Shown: piece by piece, positions 47,701 through 57,375 of the stretch | Numbering within the stretch: the stretch's first letter is position 1 | Layout: the number at the start of each line of letters is the position of its first letter | From: Thraustochytrium aureum | Taxonomy: Eukaryota | Assembly: GCA_012862495.1 (NCBI GenBank) | Contig: BLSG01000391.1 | Coordinates: forward strand, 293,760 to 357,759 | Length of the DNA stretch: 64,000 bases | Direction of reading: 5' to 3' | Translations under genes and position numbers: made by a program | Notes under the pieces: generated by a model | Databases searched by the model: none | The model's input: only the letters and a program-made list of their open reading frames with translations | Told to the model about the DNA's origin: nothing

Positions 47701-50699
47701 GATTTTCACTGCTTTCAACCGGGCCAGGGAGGCGAAATATACGGCAATCGAAGGTGTCGAGTCACAGTACAGGGACCTTGCCGACGAGCTCAGGGCCAAC
47801 TCGATCGCGAGTGCTTTTCACACAGAGAGGGCGGATCTTCCGTACCCCAATGCGCGCGCCCCTTCGGTACGCATAACGATGTCCCTTTTCGGTTTGTCGG
47901 ATAACTGGCTCGACTCACATTCTGTAGCTGGTGGAGTGGGTGAAGACGTTGGGTTCCTGGACGACGACGATGATGTCAGCAGGGAAAACTTCGACGCTCA
48001 ATCAGGCGATGCGGATTTTCCAGTTGACGATGGTCCCGATCCCCAAACGCTCGGTGTAAAACCCAGCGTCTACTCTTTCGAGGCTAGTCTCTTTCTTGGC
48101 CTTTTGATGGCAGGGCGACAGGATGTTTTACAAGCAGCGTTTGGAGACCGTTGCAACGGCCTCGCTGACCCGCAGCGGAACTGGGAGCCACTGCGGACCA
48201 ACTTGGACCAGAGTCGGGCCTTTCTCTTTGCATCCAGAGCGATTGTGCTCGTGTGGGTCAGAAACCAAGTCATGCGGTGGGATATGAACGACCCGCTCGT
48301 CCAGCTAATTCGACTCGAGTTGGTGACACGAGCGTGTGATGGTATGCTCGCAGTTTCGGAACTGAAAGGCGCTGACATTGGCGTCGAGATCGAGAGGCAA
48401 GACGCAAGGTCGCTCAGTGCCCTCTTTGAGGCATACGTCGCCGAGCTCAACGACATTTCGCGGCTCTTTGACTCGTCGTCGATGTCCATGAGGTGCCTAT
48501 CACTTTACCCGTACCTTTTGTTGCTCTATTTGCGGCACACCTCCGGAGTCTTGGTCCACGTCTTTGTGCACAACCGAGTATCTGGACGGTCGTCACAAGA
48601 ATTTCGTCTCGATGCGAGGCTGCTTGACAGAGCGAAGCACAGGCAGGCAAAGCCGGCCGTGGCAACGTCGTTCTGCTCTGTCTTTCTGGCTTCGACTGTC
48701 AATGATTACTCTGTATACACCGGGAATCTGCTCGGAAAGGAGGTGCTCGTGAATCCTGAAGCGCGCGGCCAGCGTCTCAGCTCGCGCTCGCCAAACTGCC
48801 AAAGGGCCAAAGGGCCACCGCTCAGCAGGGCGAAAAAGCAACACCTGAAGCAAGCCGACCTGCTGCCCGCCGACCATCCAGAAATGTTCAGCTTCAACTG
48901 GAGTGACCTACGCTACACGCTTGAACGCCAAACCATCGAGAAGCTGGTTGGCAGTTACTCGACCTGGCATTCAAAGACTGTGGAGAAGATGCGGACGACC
49001 CCTACAATCCTGAAAAAACTGTCGGCGCTGTTCAACGCAGAGGTTACAAGCTACAGGAAACGACTTGAGGTCGATGGCCCACCTGAGGTGTTCGTGCGCT
49101 CGGAGGAGGTTGTGACGGAAGTGCAGGTGATGAAGTTCAAAACGCCGACCATGATTAGGGATTACCTGTTCAAATGGACGAAGTCTCCAGAGGAGAGAAA
49201 GCTTGCTCGGCAAGCTGCGGCTCAGATTCGAAAGGCCTCACCTCAGAGTACTTGCGACAATGTCGCGATTGGCAACGGCCCCATCCATCTTGACGAAGGG
49301 TTGGACAAGAGTTACCCTGGCTGGGCGGGAACCCTCCCAGGGCATGTGAGTTCGGTCCCTGGCCAGCTTGGCGCCCGGACGGTATCGCCTGTGTCAGCAC
49401 ATTCCAAACTACGCTTTTACGCGCCCTTCATCGTGGACGGCGTTCTAAGCATGGGCACCGCTGACAAGCACAGGCGTTGTGAAGCGCCTTCAAGTCAGAA
49501 GCCAAGCAAGCGCCCCTGCCTTGAGCGCACGCCCGACTGCGTTTTAGTTTCGAACAGTGTTCGCGAAGCAGTGGCTGCTGCTCTTGCTTGCCGTCACCGT
49601 CTTCAGCCGAGGTCTGACAGGCTAGGACCATGGCGCGACGATTTCGCTGCTCCATGGGCCCTTTCGGATGATGAGAAAGATTTCCTCGTCTCTGTCCGTG
49701 CGGTTTGGCACGCCGATCGCGTCATGCGGATGCGTCAGAAAAGTGCCTTTCTGCAGTCGGATGCGCTGCATCACCTTACCCCCCTATTTCTGCGAGACAC
49801 GAGTGGAAATGATGGTTGGCTCTCTGGCGACTGCATCGAGCTGTTTGGAGCAGCAGTGAACAACCAAGGGACATTGCTTCGCGGGCTCGTTCCGCCAAGT
49901 CAAGACTGGTTCTTCATCGGCCCGATGAGCGTGCAGTACCTCGTAGGATTCAGCAAGGTGACTCAAGATCTGCGAGCGCTGAGCGAGCGCAGGAATGTCA
50001 ATGTTTTGTTCATTGCGCTGCATCTCGAGGCGGAAAATCACTGGGCTATGGTGGCAGTCTACCTCCAATCACGCGTGATGAAGTATTACGACTCTCTCGA
50101 CAAGTGCCAATCACCTGGTACCTTTGAATGGGCCTATGGAGTTCTTGAGAGACTTGTGCAGAGTCGACTGCTCCCTACAGAAAACGGACTCGGCTCGCTG
50201 GACGAGTGGAAAAGTGCGTCCGGCAAAGGATCCTGCCCGAGGCAAGTGCTCGATGATTGTGGGGCTTTCATGTGCTGGAATGTATGGGCGCTTGCCAGGG
50301 CAGGGCCACTCGTCGGTTCTGGCCATGTCCTGAAATGGAACAGCTCGTGGAGCGGCAAGTTCAAGTCGAAAGGAGTTCGCAAGTCGGGGAGGCAGCTGCT
50401 CCGTGGCCGTGTCCTTCTCGAGATACTTCGTTCAAACGCGATTGAAGGGATGCTTACTGTGACAACACATGCTGGGGCGGATATCACCTGACATGTGGAG
50501 TGCCCAACACCGAAACGGCGCAACGGATAGTTTTAGTATCTCCGGATTAGTCCGGATTTAACCATTTAAGAGGAGGCGAGTCTTGTGCTCTTTGATTTGG
50601 TGATAATCCGAAAGGAGACGACCCGTCGTGTTTCTCCGTCCATATCAAATACGTGATGGTTTTTTTCCTACTTGCTTCACACCGTACGATTCTTAGGCC
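44793..50699 (+). mobile_element. Complete autonomous DNA transposon, DDE/DxxH class, Dada-like, encoding a Ulp1 domain
   Basis: AGAGTGGA at 44785-44792 and 50700-50707 (9 bp CAGAGTGGA if the preceding C is included). Left end GAGCTGGGGATCATACGGTG vs reverse-complemented right end GGCCTAAGAATCGTACGGTG is 14/20 ungapped with core ATC[A/G]TACGGTG. Single long transposase ORF; visibly lower GC than host genes. Confidence 0.85.
45383..50491 (+). CDS. 1702-aa transposase: Cys/His-rich N-term, HhH, DDE core with DxxH, C-terminal Ulp1/SENP (C48) protease
   Basis: CIRCDC...YRCPEQRC; VQGVGPGKVSTLVEAGYETALDIA (HhH); VLRLDSSWK, LNEYGQV, IFVDNCC, LLDVFHFMQR, RGTSSVEAVN; protease WLSGDCI, HWAMV, YYDSL, PRQVLDDCGAF. 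Confidence 0.88.
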   Translation: MGRATETMASDARIKDAKDLTPAQREHLLQVAAQLNRRQAQGVKQLLFPSIDPNSAQCDLDSGKWTVFPVHVWAPSLYDPSLSSGIPCIRCDCPVPWQNGEFRYKKVFGVNGQSILLHVLYRCPEQRCTRCFMNSNEKVLARMGEHARSHFRFFQSKKATLEHSLCEHLYSMVQKMSAKSVAAHFASIYAMEHRVRRHQHMSKTLENSGPRGQPTRKRQETIQAAFARQPHGPQRAPNLISKSASDAKFTEARTVANVGVDLVQGVGPGKVSTLVEAGYETALDIALVDVSTFNGPTPEAANHLRNFLGSKSKEKGTKLVTTLRALAIKRIAAAEKACLNALSGQKLKYHENLKQIRTSLAEEAEIDAENRRRQAEFDETGADRAKAMVATTDSPHVPRRATEYLGSFEVNGGAVFTRSLVMSVVFDKFRLRGPQLLQQMMSIPSRVLRLDSSWKVGNFIRVQNLQTKEHFQAYGSLLVILNEYGQVIAFKLCQGREELKAHKPLLELICSTQKALHKQLIKEGKLPACDNPGVATIFVDNCCMHRPFLQGVFGAHVRVLLDVFHFMQRFEPFVTAQKGTTIQKEFYAGLSRAIFQVEAASDAASETESDASEPLRTRLRGSTARRRVPPPGELLKSVSNYLGKVINGHGLREGNSKVKRWANLASYVDGSLPEEPPQTPKMSVLKQEVTVKRGNVHTTKTFRQLWDTQAEHISRGCLSDPENVDLYNILADGVSVSSARGTSSVEAVNLVAKGASIGGRVTSVQLVFFRLTEIFTAFNRAREAKYTAIEGVESQYRDLADELRANSIASAFHTERADLPYPNARAPSVRITMSLFGLSDNWLDSHSVAGGVGEDVGFLDDDDDVSRENFDAQSGDADFPVDDGPDPQTLGVKPSVYSFEASLFLGLLMAGRQDVLQAAFGDRCNGLADPQRNWEPLRTNLDQSRAFLFASRAIVLVWVRNQVMRWDMNDPLVQLIRLELVTRACDGMLAVSELKGADIGVEIERQDARSLSALFEAYVAELNDISRLFDSSSMSMRCLSLYPYLLLLYLRHTSGVLVHVFVHNRVSGRSSQEFRLDARLLDRAKHRQAKPAVATSFCSVFLASTVNDYSVYTGNLLGKEVLVNPEARGQRLSSRSPNCQRAKGPPLSRAKKQHLKQADLLPADHPEMFSFNWSDLRYTLERQTIEKLVGSYSTWHSKTVEKMRTTPTILKKLSALFNAEVTSYRKRLEVDGPPEVFVRSEEVVTEVQVMKFKTPTMIRDYLFKWTKSPEERKLARQAAAQIRKASPQSTCDNVAIGNGPIHLDEGLDKSYPGWAGTLPGHVSSVPGQLGARTVSPVSAHSKLRFYAPFIVDGVLSMGTADKHRRCEAPSSQKPSKRPCLERTPDCVLVSNSVREAVAAALACRHRLQPRSDRLGPWRDDFAAPWALSDDEKDFLVSVRAVWHADRVMRMRQKSAFLQSDALHHLTPLFLRDTSGNDGWLSGDCIELFGAAVNNQGTLLRGLVPPSQDWFFIGPMSVQYLVGFSKVTQDLRALSERRNVNVLFIALHLEAENHWAMVAVYLQSRVMKYYDSLDKCQSPGTFEWAYGVLERLVQSRLLPTENGLGSLDEWKSASGKGSCPRQVLDDCGAFMCWNVWALARAGPLVGSGHVLKWNSSWSGKFKSKGVRKSGRQLLRGRVLLEILRSNAIEGMLTVTTHAGADIT

Positions 50700-51084
50700 A
50701 GAGTGGATCAGAGAGCAGAACGGTTAGGGATCTGTCCGGCCCTTCTATGTTCTCTCCCCGCCGCACTTAATCGCTGCCTTCGCACGGCTGCCAGGCTCTC
50801 GGCATAATCTAAAGTGCGCGGGCGCGCGCGTGGGCCTTAACTCGGCGGCCCCAGCAAGCACTGAAGAGTGCGCGAAGTGCGAGGCAGGCTTAAGGGCCGC
50901 GTGGTTTGTAGTGCGTCGCTTGAAGACGGACAGGTGGAGAGCATCTCGGTCGAGAGTGATCGATGGATGATCCATCGTCACTCATCGGCTCGAGCGACAG
51001 TCGCGAAACCAAACACAACGTGCAGAGTCGAAGCAGCAGGCCATCGAGTTTGAGCCGCGACGATCGTTGTTTGCGGGAGCAAGG

Positions 51085-52110
51085 ATGGGCGCCACGGGGA
51101 CCAAGCCGACCAAAAAGTTCAACGTAGCCGTGCTCGGCGCCGCCGGCGGTATCGGACAGCCGCTGTCGCTGCTGCTGGCCACCTCGGAGTATGTCAAGGT
51201 GCTCCATACGTATGATGTCATGCCCGTGGTGAACGGCGTGGGCGTGGACTTGAGCCACATCGAGACCGAGTGCCAGGTCAAGGGCTTCGCCGGGGATATG
51301 AAGGACAAGGAGGTCTCGAAAGCCAAGCTCGCCGAGGCGCTCAAGGGCATCGACATCGTCGTGATCCCCGCCGGAGTGCCGCGCAAGCCCGGCATGACCC
51401 GCGACGACCTGTTCAACGTCAACGCCGGCATCGTGGCCAACCTCGTCGAGGGCGTCGCTGACAACTGCCCCAACGCGATGATCTGCATCATCTCCAACCC
51501 GGTCAACAGCACCGTTCCGATCGCCGCCGAGGTGCTCAAGAAGAAGGGGTGCTACAACCGCAAGCACCTCTTTGGCGTCTCCACGCTCGACGTCGTGCGC
51601 GCCAACAAGTTCGTCTCCGAAAAGTGCGGCATTCCCCCGTCCGAGGTGAACGCGTTCGTCATCGCGGGCCACTCGGGCTCGACGATCATTCCGCTCCTCT
51701 CGCAGCTCCCAGAGGCGGCCAAGGCCAAGCTCTCCGAGGATGACATCAAGGCTCTCACGGAGCGGATTCAGAACGCCGGGACGGAGGTTGTCGACGCCAA
51801 GGCTGGCGGCGGCTCCGCCACGCTCTCTATGGCCTACGCAGGCGCGCGTTTTGTCAAGTCGCTCATGCGCGGCATGAGCGGCGAGCAGGACGTCGTCGAG
51901 TGCTCGTACGTCCCGTCGACCATCACCCCGCTCGCCTTCTTTGCTTCGCGCGTGCGCCTGGGCCCCAGCGGCGCCGAGGAGGTTCTCCCGCTCCCGGCGG
52001 ACATGAGCGATTTCGAGAAGTCCAAGCTTGAGAACGAGGCCAAGCCGGACCTCCAAAAGTCCATCGATGCCGGCGTCGCTTTCGTCGCCTCTGCCATGGC
52101 TTCGCTTTAG
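51085..52110 (+). CDS. MDH: NAD-dependent malate dehydrogenase (MDH2-type clade)
   Basis: [83 protein letters not shown]. Confidence 0.97.
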   Translation: MGATGTKPTKKFNVAVLGAAGGIGQPLSLLLATSEYVKVLHTYDVMPVVNGVGVDLSHIETECQVKGFAGDMKDKEVSKAKLAEALKGIDIVVIPAGVPRKPGMTRDDLFNVNAGIVANLVEGVADNCPNAMICIISNPVNSTVPIAAEVLKKKGCYNRKHLFGVSTLDVVRANKFVSEKCGIPPSEVNAFVIAGHSGSTIIPLLSQLPEAAKAKLSEDDIKALTERIQNAGTEVVDAKAGGGSATLSMAYAGARFVKSLMRGMSGEQDVVECSYVPSTITPLAFFASRVRLGPSGAEEVLPLPADMSDFEKSKLENEAKPDLQKSIDAGVAFVASAMASL

Positions 52111-52833
52111 GCCGTCGCGTTCGCGCCAGACCGGGTTGAGCGAACACCATCCACTATGAAACACCCAAATCAATTTGCCTCGCTCCCTCCGTCCAACTTG
52201 CCCAGCATCCTGCCCGCCGCCATGACCTTGAGCTCGTCCGACGGCGGGCCCCTGTGGGGCTCATGGCACGGGCTTCGATTGCAGCGGTGTTGCTCAGTTT
52301 TTGAGGTTGACATTGTTGCGTGGCAGCATTCAGCAAGCACCACTGCCTGTAGATCATTGCCTGTAGACCACTGCCGCGCCGGTCCTCCGACTTGCCCGGC
52401 TCGCCGTCAGGCCCACGCAGGCATCGACCAGCGGTCCCACCCCGAGCTTCCGCCAGGGCGTCCTCCGAGGGCCGTGGCGCGCGTGAGAAATACCCAAGTA
52501 CGTGCACGAAACGTGGTGATCAACGGACACATTTTCTGTCGAGCAGGCGCAAATCGATCGAATCGCTCGCCGCGCTGCACGTGCGAGCGCTGCTGCGGGG
52601 CCGCGCGCCAGGGCGCAGCGCAGCGACGCAAAGCCTCCAAGGCGGAGAATTGTTGCTTGTGTTCTGGTTGCGGCGCTTGGTTTCGCGCGGCACGGACGCG
52701 TCGACCCGCCCGCCCCTGTGGTCTCCAACTCTCAGCGCGGTGGCCAGGGTGCGGGCAACGCAGCTGGCGGACGCCACAGGACCGTGGGCAGCTCACGAGG
52801 CCGCGCGCAGGCGCCAGCGCCGCGCCGCGCACG

Positions 52834-55800
52834 ATGCATCACAAGGTCGTGAACGACTATACGGCGTCGACAAAGACAGGGAATGACAATATTAGGGTGT
52901 TTGTGCGGGCCAGGCCTCCCTCGGACGGGTCTGCGCCAACCAAGGAGATGTGGCCCACCCCTGGGGACGACCAGGGCAGGATAGCCATTCGCGACACTGC
53001 CGTGAAGAACGGAGGCGAGCACGCGTTCCGATTCGACGGGGTGTTCTGGACTCAAGTGCCCCAGGACGCGCTGTTCTCCGAGGTCGCTCGCCCGCTCGTC
53101 GAGCACACGTTGCAGGGGTTTAACGGGTGCTGCTTTGCGTACGGGCAGACTGGATCCGGCAAGACGCACTCGATGTTTGGGGCGCGCGGGCAGCAGCGCG
53201 GCATCATTCCGCGCTGCGTCGATCTCGCCTTTGAGCACACCGAGCGCGACAAGCGCGCCAACCGCGACCTGCAGGTCAAGATCACAGTGTCAATGCTGGA
53301 GATGTATTGCGACGAAATGCGCGACCTCGGGAGCGCGTACGCAGCAAATATTGCCGCGAACGCCCAGGGCGGTCGTCCTCGCCTCAACACCTCCGACTGG
53401 TACCAAGAGCGGCTGAGGCAACGCAAGTCGTTTGGGGCCTCGCCCGGGGGCGACGCCACGAGCGACGTCGCGCTTGTGGCGATGGGCGCCCCCGAGGCCG
53501 ACCTGGAGATCCGCGAGGACCTCGGCGGCAACGTGTACGTGAAAAACCTCTCTGAAATCCCGGTCACCAAGCCGTCGCAAGTCTTCGACATCGTGGAGCA
53601 GGGCTTCGCCCTCCGCGCCACGCACGAAACCAAGCTCAACAAGGAGTCATCGCGTTCGCACACCATATTCACGCTGACAGTGGCGCAGACGGACACGAGC
53701 ACCGGGATCACAGTCAAGGGCCACCTCAACCTCGTCGACCTCGCTGGGAGCGAGCGGCTCGGCAAGAGCGAGGCGCAAGGACAGCGACTCAAAGAGACGC
53801 TATTCATCAACTCGTCCCTCTCCGCGCTCGGCAAGGTCGCCGCCGCGCTCGACCCCTCCACGCCAGCCGGCTACATCCCGTACCGCGACTCCAAGCTGAC
53901 CCGCCTTTTGCAGAGCTCGCTCGGCGGCAACGCGCACACCACTGTGCTCGCCACGCTGCACCCGATCAAGACCAACTATGAGGAGTGCCTGAGCACGCTG
54001 CAGTTCGCCAACCGGTGCCGCTGCGTCGTCAACCAGCCGCGCGTCAACTACACGGACGACCAGGGCCGCAACTTGATGGAGGAGACCATCCGCCGACTCC
54101 AAGCCGAGGTGAAGCGCGTCCGTCTACTGCTGGCGGTCATCGTCTCCAAAAAGAACAAGCAAATCGAGGAGATTCTAGCCACGCTGGGCCACAACAACGC
54201 GCGCATTCTCGGCGACGGCCGTGTCCAGCTGCCCGACGGCCAGGTCTTGGGCTCGCGCATCGACATCGACTCGATCGAGCGCCAAGTGACCACGTCGCAG
54301 CAGGCCGCCGAAGCGGAAGCCGCTGCGCAGCGAGGCCTCTACGGATGGGGCCTGGGTTCGGTGGCTCTCCAGGGGGGCTTGGGCGTGGCCAGAGCCACTT
54401 TTTGAGCCCTGGGTCGCCAGGAGGACCGCAGGGCCGGCTTGCTGCTGGCTCCCCCCGAGGTGGCGCTGCTGGGCTCGCGATGGCCTCGCTTGGCGGCAGC
54501 ATGCCGGGCTCGCCATTGGCGCCAGGCGGCTCGGCGCTCTCGTTCCTCCACTTGGAGACCGCGCCGGACGACCTCATCCACCACATCGGCTCTGCGGGGC
54601 CGGCGAGCCCTGGGGGCACAAATGGNNNNNNNNNNNNNNNNNNNNNNNNNNNNNNNNNNNNNNNNNNNNNNNNNNNNNNNNNNNNNNNNNNNNNNNNNNN
54701 NNNNNNNNNNNNNNNNNNNNNNNNNNNNNNNNNNNNNNNNNNNNNNNNNNNNNNNNNNNNNNNNNNNNNNNNNNNNNNNNNNNNNNCACAAATGGAGCGC
54801 CCTGGGATGCGCTCGTATGGGAAACTGGCGCGATCGGGCCTGGCATGGGGTCCCGCGCCGGGAACGAGTCCAGCGGGGAGCTGAGCCCCGACGGACACGC
54901 CCTCGCGTTGGCCAATGCCGCAACGAGCCGCGCACCTTGCGACTCGCTCGGCCAGATCCGGGAGGAAAACCGGCAGCTGCGCGCCTCGGTGCACGCCCTC
55001 AAAGGCGAGAACGGCAGGCTGCGCAGCGCTGTCGAGAAACACAAGCGCGAGTCCAAAAAGCAAGAAAACGAGCACCGGCGTCAGCACCCTCAAGGCGCGC
55101 GAAGAGGTCAAGCAGCAGCGCGAACTCGTGGCCAAGCTCAAAGGCGAGGTGCGCGACGCCTCAGTGTTGGCCAAGACAAACGTCGAGGTTGTGCGCCACG
55201 AATACGAGCAAAAGCTTGCCGCACTCGTGGATCACTCGCGACAAGTCGAGGCCAAAACACAAGAGCGGGTGGGGCGGGTCCCGGACGCGCTCCGCGTGGA
55301 CTCGGCCAAGATTCACGCTGCCAACAAACACGCCGAGCGCATCGAGGCGGCACTGACGCGCAAGCACGAGGAGCATGTGCGCCAGCTTGTCGAGGCGCGC
55401 GAGGCGCAGGTCGCGGCCGTGCGCGAGCAGGCCGAGTATTGGATCGCCAAGAAGGACGCCGACTGCAAGCGCCTCGTTGAGGACTTTAACCTCTACCACA
55501 AGCGGCGCGCCTCGGAGGTAAACGAGTACCGGCGCGAGCTCAGGCTGCTGTACGAGCACTGCAACACGATGGCGCGCGTGATCAACAAGGTGCAGCTCGG
55601 CGAGTACCGCATCCGTGCCTCGTCCTCGCGCGCGAACCTGCTCAAGCAAGTCTGCGTGCGCACAGGCGACATGCCGGAAGATGGCTTGCTCGCCGATGCG
55701 AGCCGCCTCCGGCTGTTGCGAGAGCAGATCCGCCTCGTCGCCGGGCTCGAGGCTCAAGCGGCGAGCCGGCCACAGACAGCGGGTGGGTCGGGCGCTGGCC

Positions 55801-56349
55801 CAGGCATGCGCGAGGAGCGCCCCTCACTGCTTTCGGGACCTACTCGTCCTCCCCCTCCTCCTCCGCGTCGTCGTCGACGTTGTCGAAAGACCTGCCTCCG
55901 CGCCCAGCTTCGGCAAGCGGGACCTTTCGGAGCTCGGGTGGGGATTCTAAGCAGAGCGCGACGCAGAGCGCGGGCCCGGCCATCGAGGACGAGGCGATTC
56001 TGCTGGCTGGCGTCGAGCACGACGGGGTCATGCTCGATGCCAGTCTCGACGACCTTACCGGGGGGGGCTCTGCGAGCTCGTTTGCGCGCTGCGCGCTTTC
56101 CTCGCGTCGGACGGCTCGCGGCAGATTATTGAGCGCCAGCTCCTACGCAAGATCTCGAGCAATGCGACCGTCTCGTACATCAAGACGCTCGAGGAAGGCC
56201 TCGAGACTTACAAGCAAAGCTTCAAGGTCGAAGCCGAACGGTACCGGCAACTGCGCATCGCGTACGAGAGCTTGCAGCGGCGTCAGGATCGTAAAGCCAA
56301 GGCCAAGGCGCGAGAGAGGGCCAAGCTAAGGCCGACTGTTGTTCCGTAG
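52834..56349 (+). CDS. Kinesin with N-terminal motor domain and coiled-coil tail (several frameshifts, gap)
   Basis: NIRVFVRARP, FAYGQTGSGKTHSM, SSRSHTIF, LNLVDLAGSER, IPYRDSKLTRLLQ.SLGGN, STLQFANR; coiled-coil tail continues in shifted frames to TAG at 56349. Confidence 0.85.
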
Positions 56350-56739
56350 GCATGTAGGCATGGCCAACGCCCGTGCATTGCGCGCGTCCTGCGGGGTTTT
56401 TCTCGCTAGGGAACGAACTGTTTTTTGTGTGTAAGACCCTTGAAGAGCTCGACTTTGTTTGCCAACCTGTAAATGTCTGCGCTGTGCGTTTGTGCGCCGC
56501 GAGTTGTTGTTTGTAAACCGCAGCTGCGACGAAGTGAAAGCGAAGCTGCGACAGCGTGTGAGCACTGCTACGACAAGATCGAGCGCAGCACCTCGTCATT
56601 GACGGTCGCCATGAAGCGCGCGCTTGGGGCGGGCGGCTCGCGTGGATTTGCTGGATGTGGCATCCGCCGGCGCCTCGCAATACACCGCCCTGGGCGCTCA
56701 GCCGGTTCATTGACTCACCTCTCATTCGACATTCGACGC

Positions 56740-57375
56740 CTAAGCAAGGTCATTGCGTTCAAAGCGAGAAACGTCCCAAAAGGCGCACTCGACGACGCGA
56801 CCCGCAAAGGTGCGTCCCTCCAGCTTGAAGCGCGCCGCGAGGGCCTCGGACGCTGAACCGAACTGGACAAAGACCTTGCCAAGTCCGGCAGTGCGTGGCG
56901 TTCCTGGCGGGCCGGGCCTCGGCACCCGCACCATCTTGACCGTGCCAAACTGCTCGCACTCCTCCTTCACATCCAGCAAGATATCCTCGTACTCGCCGTC
57001 GTCGGCGAGCTCCTGCTCGGAAACCATGTTGAACAGAACGAGGACAGGCGTGGGGGCTCGGCCCAGCGTTTCCGGAGCGGCGCCCGGCCCTCCCCCGGCT
57101 TGGCTGGGCCTCCGACGGGGATGGCGCTAGCCCCATCGCTGGCCCAGGGGGCGGCGCGCGGCCTGGCGGCGCCATACCAACGAGCTCCGGGTTGGCGCGG
57201 CGCGCACTGAGTGTGTGCGTCCCGATCTGGAGCCCGTTGAGGTCGCGGACAGCCTGGTCGGTGTGGCTCGGGTCCTCGTACTCGCAAAAGCAAAACCCTT
57301 TCGACACGCGGTCGACCGGGTCCCGGATAACGTGGAGGCCGCGCAGGTTTCCAAACGCCTCTAGAAGCTCCAAAA
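56740..57375 (-). CDS. U2AF2: U2AF large subunit, C-terminal part (RRM2 and UHM); remainder in gap; frameshift near 57075
   Basis: ELLEAFG.L....SKGFCFCEY.D...TDQA...LNG; NMVSEQELADDGEYEDILLDVKEECEQFG.V..V.VPRP...GLGKVFVQF...LEGRTFAGRVV. Confidence 0.9.

Noticed and set aside
45383..50491. Fanzor/TnpB or reverse transcriptase within the element
   Set aside because: No RuvC-type or YxDD-type motif set seen; motifs fit a DDE/DxxH transposase plus C48 protease.
50580..50660. Hammerhead ribozyme in the right-end hairpins
   Set aside because: No CUGAnGA core on either strand.
44740..50760. tRNA or U1/U2/U6 snRNA gene split by the transposon
   Set aside because: The joined empty site shows no cloverleaf, A/B boxes or recognisable snRNA motifs on either strand by eye; an Infernal search is still needed.
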